Source: TPA_inf: Saccharomyces (Eukaryota). From it: a stretch of DNA of 64,000 bases. The notes beneath the pieces are model-generated. The model worked only from the letters and a program-made list of their open reading frames with translations. It was not told the origin of the DNA and did no database searches. Below, piece after piece: positions 1-10,435 of this stretch. Location: positions 832,001-896,000 of the forward strand of contig BK006946.2 of the NCBI GenBank assembly GCA_000146045.2, written 5' to 3'. The translations under genes and the position numbers were made by a program. Position 1 is the stretch's first letter. The number at the start of each line of letters is the position of its first letter.

Positions 1-338
1 GATAAAAGTTGTTACCTCTTTTAACTGCCTCTGATCCTTTTCACATTCAGTAATTTCTCGTAGATGTATATGTGCGAATGTGTCAATGTGTTTGTATGAA
101 ATAAACTAGTAGCCGGGTAACAAGTACTCCTAAATTCCCGCTTCGCCGTTTCTATCTCATTGGAGTCGTCCCTTCTAGAAGGTTTACTAGTTACGTTAAC
201 GTCATAGAAAAAGGAAAATCGACGCTGCGCTTTTATTTATAATCTTGCATTGCCCTCCTTATTTATCGAATTGTTAAGTGTAGATAGGTGACGCTAGAGC
301 CGTATATTAGATTCTTTCAAACCCTGAAGAAAAGTTAA

Positions 339-1253
339 ATGAAGATGTTGAGGCGTACAAAGGTAAATTTTTCAAAATTGCTTTACAAGATTACTAAACT
401 AGCAATAGTACTGACGATCCTATATATTTATTTTACGCCCAAAATCGTCTCCCGAAACAATGCATCATTGCAGCATATTTTTCCTCATAAATATGGCGAT
501 TATGAAATCAATTTGGTCATAGCGCACCCTGACGACGAAGTTATGTTTTTTTCCCCCATAATTTCTCAACTGAATTCGTACTTTCCGAGAACCGTCCCAT
601 TTAACATAATCTGCTTATCAAAGGGCAACGCCGAAGGTCTTGGCGAAACCAGGGTAAGAGAATTAAATGAGTCGGCCGCTTTATTGCTACACAATGAAAG
701 AGCAGTCTCCGTACAGGTGATGGATTTCCAGGATGGTATGGACGAAATATGGGATATTGATTCTATAACTTCTTCTCTTTCACAAAAGATAGATATAAAG
801 AATCATAACTTGAACCAGATTATCGTTACCTTTGATTCATATGGTGTATCAAATCATATCAACCACAAAAGCTGTTATGCTGCCGTTAAAAAGTTGGTGG
901 ATGATTATGCTCAACCTAAGACCAAAAGAAATGAACAACCACCTCATGTCACTGCGCTTTATTTGAGAAGCTACAAGAACAACATCGTTTTAAAGTACAA
1001 CTCCTTTATTTGGGAAATCCTAAAAATACTTTACGACCTGATTTCTCCATTCCGTAGAATAATTCAGGCGCTTCCGCCTAACACAGCCGCCGAAAAAGAC
1101 AAGCTTTCACTTATGAATACACATGCACAATACGTACTAGCGTTTGCCACTATGCTAAATGCTCACGAATCCCAAGTTGTGTGGTTTAGATACGGATGGT
1201 GGATATTTTCCAGATTTGTCTTCGTTAATGAATTTGATGTTTATACATATTAG
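339..1253 (+). CDS. GPI12: N-acetylglucosaminyl-phosphatidylinositol de-N-acetylase (GPI anchor biosynthesis), 304 aa
   Basis: Complete 304-aa ORF. The HPDDE motif (AHPDDEVMFFSP) typical of the PIG-L/LmbE de-N-acetylase family is present. Size and position fit YMR281W. Confidence 0.85.
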   Translation: MKMLRRTKVNFSKLLYKITKLAIVLTILYIYFTPKIVSRNNASLQHIFPHKYGDYEINLVIAHPDDEVMFFSPIISQLNSYFPRTVPFNIICLSKGNAEGLGETRVRELNESAALLLHNERAVSVQVMDFQDGMDEIWDIDSITSSLSQKIDIKNHNLNQIIVTFDSYGVSNHINHKSCYAAVKKLVDDYAQPKTKRNEQPPHVTALYLRSYKNNIVLKYNSFIWEILKILYDLISPFRRIIQALPPNTAAEKDKLSLMNTHAQYVLAFATMLNAHESQVVWFRYGWWIFSRFVFVNEFDVYTY

Positions 1254-1355
1254 ACTCTACACTGTAGATATATATATAAAAAAGTCCCATATTATTTACA
1301 TCCTATAGAATAAGAATATGGAGAAAAATAAATGCTAATTCTACTTACACTTTTC

Positions 1356-3101
<1,746 letters not shown>

Positions 3102-3325
3102 TCATAAATTTAGGTAGTGGACTGTTAACGAAGGAGAGCTTCGTTAATTTGTTCTTGATTTTACATATTCTTTTCATTAGCCAATGTCTGAAGGGCTCTT
3201 TTTCAATGAACCTTTTCTGTTCAGGATAAACGGTAACCCGCTCTTTTTCTAATAAAAACTGACGTTATTTGATATTAAAATATACAGTGACATTGCGAGT
3301 AAACATCTCAGTATTGCCTAACTCA

Positions 3326-4867
3326 CTACATTAAAAAGCTATTGACGCTGTTCAGTGTTGCTCTTGAAGGGTTAACGTTGCGTCCTTTCAAGTGGGAAAT
3401 CAATTTTGTCAAGTGTTTTCTTACAATAAGCTTACTGATGTCCGGTAACTCCGACGTAAGCATCCATTCTTCAGTATATTTGGTACAAAGGATACTTAAG
3501 ATGACACCGATTGACATATCAGTACCTGTATTGCAGCATATTAGCATTGGCTTTATTTTTTCATCTCGATTTGTAAACAACGATTGAATTTCTCCATGGA
3601 TTCTAGGGAATGTGGATCGTAAAGCTTTTGAACTTTTCTTGTCTCCGCTTTGCAACTTGTATATTGAAATAAACGGATCTGTCCCACTTTCTTCTTCATC
3701 GTCTGTATCTTCAGCAACAGTCACCGAATTACTGAAAATTATAACTTTACCATATTCTGACTTCAATTTCTGTTTCAAATTCTTATTGATGGTTAAGCCT
3801 GAACTCACTTTTCCTAGAGATATCTCATTCGTAATTTTATCAATGTTTCCAAAGACTTCATCCAAGCTTCCTTTATCTTGTATATAACACTGATTTCTCA
3901 GCTTTGCAGCAGCCAAATCCATGATGTAATCATGTAACTGGTCGTCTGAATAACTTGCGTCGCCTAGGTATTCTATATGGGCCCAAAACATATTTGAATC
4001 CAAACCAAAAGACCAGAGCTCGTGATCGTCGGCTGCACCCTGCACATAAGTGAAGCCGTATCTTTTATCCATACCATCTTGTGCTTGATAGCTTACCGTG
4101 CACAAAATAATGGGTATTATGTTTTGGTCTTCAGGTGTTTCCCAGGCTTCATACTCCTGTACTTCACCCGTGAAGTAATCAACAGAATGGTCTAGAAGTG
4201 AAGAACCAGGGTGAACCCATATGGGCCGCAATAACTTACCCATAAACAGTTCGTTCAATTTCTTAGAATCTATAATATTCAATTTTTGTAGTTTAGCAAC
4301 TAGTTCGGGTATTTTTCGCTTAATCATGTCATATTCTGATTTGGGAACTGTCTCAGGTGGAAGATACAGTACCTTATCGATGGCAACATTTTTTTCTGTT
4401 TCCTGAAGCATTAACGTATTTAATACAGCACACCATATGGGGACAGTCTTACTCAAAGCATCTGGGATTTTTTTACCTCTTCTAGTACTATCGACAATTA
4501 TAATACCTTTATTATCTCGAATGGTCTCTAACAAATGAAAGTTCAATCTTCGGGTGCTAAAGTCCCATTGGTTGACATGCCCGTCTGTGCTCTTAAAGTA
4601 ACTGGTCTGTTTGAAACTTGATGGATTACAGTACCATAGCCCACATCTTTCATTGGGTATCAGTGGATAATGGGGAAATATAGGGATAACTCGATCTTGC
4701 AAAAATTTATTGTCTAAAAGAATACTCTGAAGTCGATTCCTTACGGACTTGTTTTCCTTTCTGATGTCTTTATTTATCTGAGATAGCGAAAGATAAATAT
4801 TTTCATCCATCACGGATATACTAAACTGTACTCTGGATCTATATCTCTTTGATAGCCTCGATACCAT
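3326..4867 (-). CDS. RIT1: Initiator tRNA-Met 2'-O-ribosylphosphate transferase, 513 aa
   Basis: Complete 513-aa ORF. Length and synteny fit YMR283C; it sits next to the Ty LTR/tRNA-Tyr locus as in the reference. Confidence 0.85.
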   Translation of the reverse strand: MVSRLSKRYRSRVQFSISVMDENIYLSLSQINKDIRKENKSVRNRLQSILLDNKFLQDRVIPIFPHYPLIPNERCGLWYCNPSSFKQTSYFKSTDGHVNQWDFSTRRLNFHLLETIRDNKGIIIVDSTRRGKKIPDALSKTVPIWCAVLNTLMLQETEKNVAIDKVLYLPPETVPKSEYDMIKRKIPELVAKLQKLNIIDSKKLNELFMGKLLRPIWVHPGSSLLDHSVDYFTGEVQEYEAWETPEDQNIIPIILCTVSYQAQDGMDKRYGFTYVQGAADDHELWSFGLDSNMFWAHIEYLGDASYSDDQLHDYIMDLAAAKLRNQCYIQDKGSLDEVFGNIDKITNEISLGKVSSGLTINKNLKQKLKSEYGKVIIFSNSVTVAEDTDDEEESGTDPFISIYKLQSGDKKSSKALRSTFPRIHGEIQSLFTNRDEKIKPMLICCNTGTDMSIGVILSILCTKYTEEWMLTSELPDISKLIVRKHLTKLISHLKGRNVNPSRATLNSVNSFLM

Positions 4868-5446
4868 CCATCAAGAGATCAAAATTTTCAAGCATGCTTT
4901 TTTTTTCCTGCATATGAACAATGAATAATGGGCCCAGTCACAGTTAAGCAGTAATAAGAACAAAGCACATAAACATACAACGCATATATGAAGAGCAATA
5001 GAGTGGTGGGATGATTTTAGAAGTTCATTTTTGATGAAGATGATAAGATTATGTAATAGCGGCTATGCTAAGCTCCCTTCGGGCATGGAAATCAACAAAA
5101 AAGTTGTAACCGTACATAATATGACGGGAAATGCAACAAGCTTTCCAAGAAGTAATGGAAGGCATAGCTAAAGGACTATCTGGCTCGGCCATAAGTTTGA
5201 AATTTGTGTATACAGGTATAGGAAACCCTTATACCTACCTAAATCGTCGAAGCTACTGATATATTGCGTATAGTCGATATGCCCAATGTAATTCATATTT
5301 CATACTCTTCTCTTGTACAGATTAAGGGCACCTGTTTTATTCTTAGAATATACTACAACCTGCCTACTAATTAACAATGATACTATTAACGGTGCAAAAC
5401 CGGATGCTCAAATTTAAAGTGATTACTCAGTTATAAACACGCCTGG

Positions 5447-5766
5447 TGTGAAATTAACGACCATTAATAAGAATAAATATTACTGGCATATTATAATATG
5501 CGGTGGAAAAACATAAAATAAGGATTGAGAAATAGTTATCAAGTATAATGGAAGCTGAAGTGCAAGGATTGATAATGTAATAGGATAATGAAACATATAA
5601 ACGGAATGAGGAATAATCGTAATTTTATTATGTAGAAATATAGATTCCATTTTGAGATTTCTATCCTCGAGGAGAACTTCTAATATATTCTGTGTACATA
5701 ATATTATATAGCCTTGATCAACAATGCAATCCCAACAATTATCAAATTATTCACCCAATATTCAGT
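5447..5766 (+). mobile_element. Solo Ty1/Ty2 delta LTR, degenerate at its 5' end
   Basis: Near-exact match to the delta consensus in the 3' two-thirds, covering the ...GGAAGCTGAAGTGCAAGGATTGATAATGTAATAGGATAATGAAACATATAAAACGGAATGAGGAATAATCGTAAT...ATAGATTCCATTTTGAG...CCTCGAGGAGAACTTCTA...GGAATCCCAACAATTATC... stretch. The 5' third is more diverged. It lies about 160 bp upstream of a tRNA gene, the classic Ty1 target position. No internal Ty coding sequence is present. Boundaries are ±20 bp. Confidence 0.7.
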
Positions 5767-5927
5767 ATAATCCATATTTATAGAATATATAGGATAATTA
5801 TCATCCCCTCAATCAAGTTGATATTCCGTTTTGACAACAGGTCACTTCTGCAAGGTTGCTTATATTAAAATTGTGAATAAGCATGATATTAGACGGACTC
5901 ATAATTGAATGGTTATCAGTTAATTGA

Positions 5928-6016
5928 CTCTCGGTAGCCAAGTTGGTTTAAGGCGCAAGACTGTAATTTACCACTACGAAATCTTGAGATCGGGCGTTCG
6001 ACTCGCCCCCGGGAGA
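5928..6016 (+). tRNA. tY(GUA): tRNA-Tyr (anticodon GUA) gene with 14-nt intron
   Basis: CTCTCGGTAGCCAAGTTGGTTTAAGGCGCAAGACTGTAA[tttaccactacgaa]ATCTTGAGATCGGGCGTTCGACTCGCCCCCGGGAGA. It has the canonical yeast tRNA-Tyr exons with A box (TAGCCAAGTTGG) and B box (GGTTCGACTC-like GCGTTCGACTC). The intron follows the anticodon at about 5967-5980, and an oligo-T Pol III terminator follows the gene. Confidence 0.95.
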
Positions 6017-6018
6017 TA

Positions 6019-6025
6019 TTTTTTT
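6019..6025 (+). terminator. RNA polymerase III terminator (T7 run) for tRNA-Tyr
   Basis: A run of seven T immediately 3' of the tRNA acceptor stem. Confidence 0.8.
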
Positions 6026-6186
6026 ACTTTTGATTACCTTAATTTTTGAAGATTCTCAATTTCATGTATTAGGGATTGCTTTAAGGTAGCTACCAAATGA
6101 CATTCTCTGTATTACTGTTCTAGTTTTCAACAGTAAAGCTATGATTTGTTAAGTGACTCTAAGCCTGATTTTAAAACGGGAATATT

Positions 6187-7995
6187 ATGCGCTCAGTCAC
6201 TAATGCATTTGGCAATAGTGGAGAACTTAACGATCAAGTGGATGAAACAGGTTATAGGAAGTTTGATATCCATGAAGGAATTTTGTTTTGCATTGAACTA
6301 TCAGAGACAATGTTTAAAGAGTCCTCTGATCTAGAGTATAAATCACCATTGTTGGAAATTCTGGAATCACTAGATGAGCTAATGTCACAATTGGTCATAA
6401 CAAGACCTGGGACAGCTATTGGTTGCTATTTTTATTACTGTAACAGAGAGGATGCCAAGGAAGGTATCTATGAACTTTTTCCATTAAGGGATATAAATGC
6501 TACATTTATGAAGAAATTGAACGATCTTTTAGAAGATTTATCATCGGGGAGAATAAGCCTATACGACTATTTTATGTTTCAACAAACTGGGAGTGAAAAG
6601 CAAGTGCGCTTATCTGTATTATTCACATTCATGCTTGACACTTTTTTGGAAGAGATTCCGGGTCAAAAGCAATTAAGCAACAAGAGAGTGTTCTTATTCA
6701 CTGACATTGATAAACCACAAGAGGCGCAAGATATCGATGAACGGGCAAGATTGAGAAGGCTTACAATTGATTTATTTGATAACAAAGTGAATTTTGCAAC
6801 TTTTTTTATTGGCTATGCCGATAAACCATTTGACAACGAGTTTTATTCGGACATACTGCAGTTGGGTTCACATACAAATGAGAATACTGGTTTGGATTCT
6901 GAATTTGATGGTCCAAGTACAAAGCCTATAGATGCTAAATACATCAAGTCCAGAATCCTAAGGAAAAAGGAGGTAAAGAGGATAATGTTTCAATGTCCAT
7001 TAATCTTGGATGAGAAAACAAATTTTATAGTCGGAGTCAAGGGTTACACTATGTATACCCATGAAAAAGCTGGAGTCAGGTATAAACTTGTTTATGAGCA
7101 TGAAGATATCAGACAAGAAGCATATTCAAAAAGAAAATTTTTAAATCCTATAACAGGAGAAGACGTTACTGGTAAAACTGTCAAGGTTTATCCTTATGGT
7201 GACCTCGATATCAATCTATCAGATAGTCAAGATCAGATAGTAATGGAGGCTTATACTCAAAAAGATGCGTTTTTGAAGATTATTGGGTTCCGTTCATCGA
7301 GCAAATCGATACACTATTTCAATAACATAGACAAAAGTTCGTTTATCGTACCAGATGAAGCAAAATATGAAGGTTCGATAAGAACCTTGGCTTCTTTATT
7401 AAAAATTTTGAGAAAAAAAGATAAAATTGCAATATTATGGGGGAAGCTTAAATCAAATTCACATCCTTCACTATATACGTTATCACCCTCAAGCGTGAAG
7501 GACTACAACGAAGGATTTTATCTCTACAGGGTTCCATTCCTAGACGAAATTCGAAAATTTCCTAGTTTACTATCCTATGATGATGGCTCTGAACATAAAC
7601 TAGATTATGATAACATGAAAAAAGTAACTCAAAGTATAATGGGATACTTTAACTTGAGGGATGGATATAACCCATCCGATTTCAAAAACCCACTATTACA
7701 AAAACATTACAAAGTTTTACATGATTACCTGTTGCAAATTGAAACCACTTTTGACGAAAATGAGACACCTAATACTAAAAAAGACAGAATGATGCGTGAG
7801 GACGATTCTTTAAGGAAACTATATTATATACGAAATAAAATTTTAGAATCTGAGAAGTCAGAAGATCCAATCATCCAAAGGCTAAATAAATATGTTAAAA
7901 TCTGGAATATGTTCTACAAAAAATTTAACGATGATAACATTTCGATAAAAGAAGAAAAGAAGCCCTTTGATAAAAAGCCGAAATTCAATATATAA
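6187..7995 (+). CDS. YKU70: Ku70 subunit of the Ku heterodimer (NHEJ, telomere maintenance), 602 aa
   Basis: Complete 602-aa ORF. Length and position (YMR284W) match, and the N-terminal von Willebrand-like/Ku core character is present. Confidence 0.85.
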   Translation: MRSVTNAFGNSGELNDQVDETGYRKFDIHEGILFCIELSETMFKESSDLEYKSPLLEILESLDELMSQLVITRPGTAIGCYFYYCNREDAKEGIYELFPLRDINATFMKKLNDLLEDLSSGRISLYDYFMFQQTGSEKQVRLSVLFTFMLDTFLEEIPGQKQLSNKRVFLFTDIDKPQEAQDIDERARLRRLTIDLFDNKVNFATFFIGYADKPFDNEFYSDILQLGSHTNENTGLDSEFDGPSTKPIDAKYIKSRILRKKEVKRIMFQCPLILDEKTNFIVGVKGYTMYTHEKAGVRYKLVYEHEDIRQEAYSKRKFLNPITGEDVTGKTVKVYPYGDLDINLSDSQDQIVMEAYTQKDAFLKIIGFRSSSKSIHYFNNIDKSSFIVPDEAKYEGSIRTLASLLKILRKKDKIAILWGKLKSNSHPSLYTLSPSSVKDYNEGFYLYRVPFLDEIRKFPSLLSYDDGSEHKLDYDNMKKVTQSIMGYFNLRDGYNPSDFKNPLLQKHYKVLHDYLLQIETTFDENETPNTKKDRMMREDDSLRKLYYIRNKILESEKSEDPIIQRLNKYVKIWNMFYKKFNDDNISIKEEKKPFDKKPKFNI

Positions 7996-8143
7996 AGACG
8001 ATTGAAATCCTTCATATCTATAACGTTACATACAATATTTGGTAGGGTAGGGTATTTGATGTAATATTTATTATTAAGAACTTTTGTCGTGCTAAACGTT
8101 GTACTGTACAACTATTAGCAAGATATTTATGCACGACAGTAAT

Positions 8144-9691
8144 CTATAGTTGTAACTCTAAATCACACACCATAGACAAATGATCACTTGCATATTCTCC
8201 AACATGTGGTTGTCCATGCTTTGTCATTTCATTACCGGGCGGCATTCTCAAAAAACCTCTGCATTTAACTTTATTTTCTTTTTCAAAATCGCCAAGGGTT
8301 TCCACTTCCTGACAATTACTTTGTGGGTCCCATTTCTTTACATAAAATAGATAGTCTAATAAACCACGCCAAGTGTTTGCCCAATTTGAAATTTCAGGCT
8401 CACCTCTATCATTATCAAGACCTGCATTTTCTGGATGAACATTCTTATACCCAACAGAGTATAGTGAAATAGCCCTCATATCCAATGAGTTATGGAGTTG
8501 TGCCATTTTATCTACGAGTTCAGACTGTTCTTCATTAGCATGAAATTTTTCAGGAACGGGGCTCTCAGGTTGATCTTTACCATATTTTTCAATATTCCCG
8601 CCTTCTTCGTCATCTGCACCTTCTTCGCCATCACGGACCTTGGAAAACTTATATGAAGTGCTGCACCCAATGACGGTCTTTGCCCTGTTTCTATAGTGCA
8701 CTGGTTTGGATGTCATAGATAAATATGGTGTGTCGAACGGCTGGGAATTAAAATCACCACAGAAAAAAGGAAACCAATGAGATAAATCCCCATCATTTTC
8801 GTTCTGTAAAACATTCACACGATGCATGAATTCCTTCATCTTTTTTAAAACAATATAGCATTGTCTTGTTCGTTCATAAGTACCAAATGGATGCCAAAAT
8901 AGATGCGTAGTGCCGATCAAGATACCGCATTTTTTAGACGATTTTTTACCCAAATTCGACAGTACTTTCTCAGAAAACTTCAAGGCTAAGACTAATCCCA
9001 CGTTGTTTGTCGTTGTTCTAGTGGAAATGCTTTCTGAACTTTCTTTATCATAGTCGATTAGCATTTTGTCAACCTGGTGAAATAATTCTCTCCTCCACAT
9101 TATCGCGACACCATGGTTTTTTGTAGCATTTCTATAATATTGTCCATCGTATCCCAATTTACTGAATTCATCTTTCCAAAAGCTTTGAAACTGAATATGA
9201 TCAATCTCTTGCAAACAAATGACATCGGAATTATAATATTTAAACTCGTTTAAGAGAACTTTAGAACGCCTGTACCATTTTAAAGCGTCACCACTATCCG
9301 GGAACAGCTTTCTGCGGATTAGAGCTTGCGCCAAGCAATTATAAGTCATTAGCTTGAATCTAAATCCAGTTACTGGCTCTGCCTCATGTAGAGATAGGAA
9401 AGGTCTTCTGATAAAATGCAGCTCTGGCGGGCAGTCCGGATCAACACCTTGAGCCAACATTGCATCTCTTTTAGCCTTTCTCATAACTTCCCTTTCGGCA
9501 CGAACCTTAGCGATATGTTCTGGGGTCACTATGGGCTTCGATTTTTTACCTTTCTTGCCCTTCTTTTTATGTTGAAGTAACGAATCATCATTGGTTTGAT
9601 GTTTTGCATCTTTTACAGATTTATTAATTTCTACTTCTTGGTCGGGCGCAACATCTGGGGCAACCACTTTGACTTCTTTGTCTTGTGTCAT
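8144..9691 (-). CDS. NGL2: CCR4-family endo/exonuclease/phosphatase involved in rRNA 5.8S processing, 515 aa
   Basis: Complete 515-aa ORF with the endonuclease/exonuclease/phosphatase fold signature (LQEIDH, GDFNS, SDHLSMVCDL). Fits YMR285C. Confidence 0.85.
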   Translation of the reverse strand: MTQDKEVKVVAPDVAPDQEVEINKSVKDAKHQTNDDSLLQHKKKGKKGKKSKPIVTPEHIAKVRAEREVMRKAKRDAMLAQGVDPDCPPELHFIRRPFLSLHEAEPVTGFRFKLMTYNCLAQALIRRKLFPDSGDALKWYRRSKVLLNEFKYYNSDVICLQEIDHIQFQSFWKDEFSKLGYDGQYYRNATKNHGVAIMWRRELFHQVDKMLIDYDKESSESISTRTTTNNVGLVLALKFSEKVLSNLGKKSSKKCGILIGTTHLFWHPFGTYERTRQCYIVLKKMKEFMHRVNVLQNENDGDLSHWFPFFCGDFNSQPFDTPYLSMTSKPVHYRNRAKTVIGCSTSYKFSKVRDGEEGADDEEGGNIEKYGKDQPESPVPEKFHANEEQSELVDKMAQLHNSLDMRAISLYSVGYKNVHPENAGLDNDRGEPEISNWANTWRGLLDYLFYVKKWDPQSNCQEVETLGDFEKENKVKCRGFLRMPPGNEMTKHGQPHVGEYASDHLSMVCDLELQL

Positions 9692-9926
9692 ATTTACTTA
9701 ATACTCTTAACTACAATTAAGAAGCTATAAGGAGACTACAATCTCATCTTCTTGCAACACTACTTTTCCTTTCCTCTTGCTTTAGTGCAACCATTTTTTG
9801 AAAAATGAATGGTCTTTCTGCACGAAATATCTCTCGAAGAGCTTTTCTAGATATTAAGGATAAAGTATATCATCCCAAAAGTTAGGTGATGGAATCAATA
9901 TTGATGGACCAGCTAAAACACGTTGA

Positions 9927-10202
<276 letters not shown>

Positions 10203-10435
10203 AACAGCGAAAATAAGGCAACTGGATTTCCTTTCTTCTTGATATTCCTGACTTATATATGTATATAGTATTATTTTTTCCTGCATAGGCACATATGTTA
10301 ATAGTAATTTATGCAATTTTTGATACAAAGAAATCAATACACTATCTCGATTTCATATTTTATGTATGTATATATTTACAAGAAGAAAATTATGCATGGT
10401 CTATTGAATTTTATATTTGGAAAAAGAGTCCCTTT

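Noticed and set aside
3326-6016. RIT1 (an initiator-tRNA modifying enzyme) lying next to a tRNA gene as a functional link
   Set aside because: RIT1 acts on tRNAi-Met, not tRNA-Tyr. tRNA genes are scattered about 275 times through the genome, so adjacency is coincidental.
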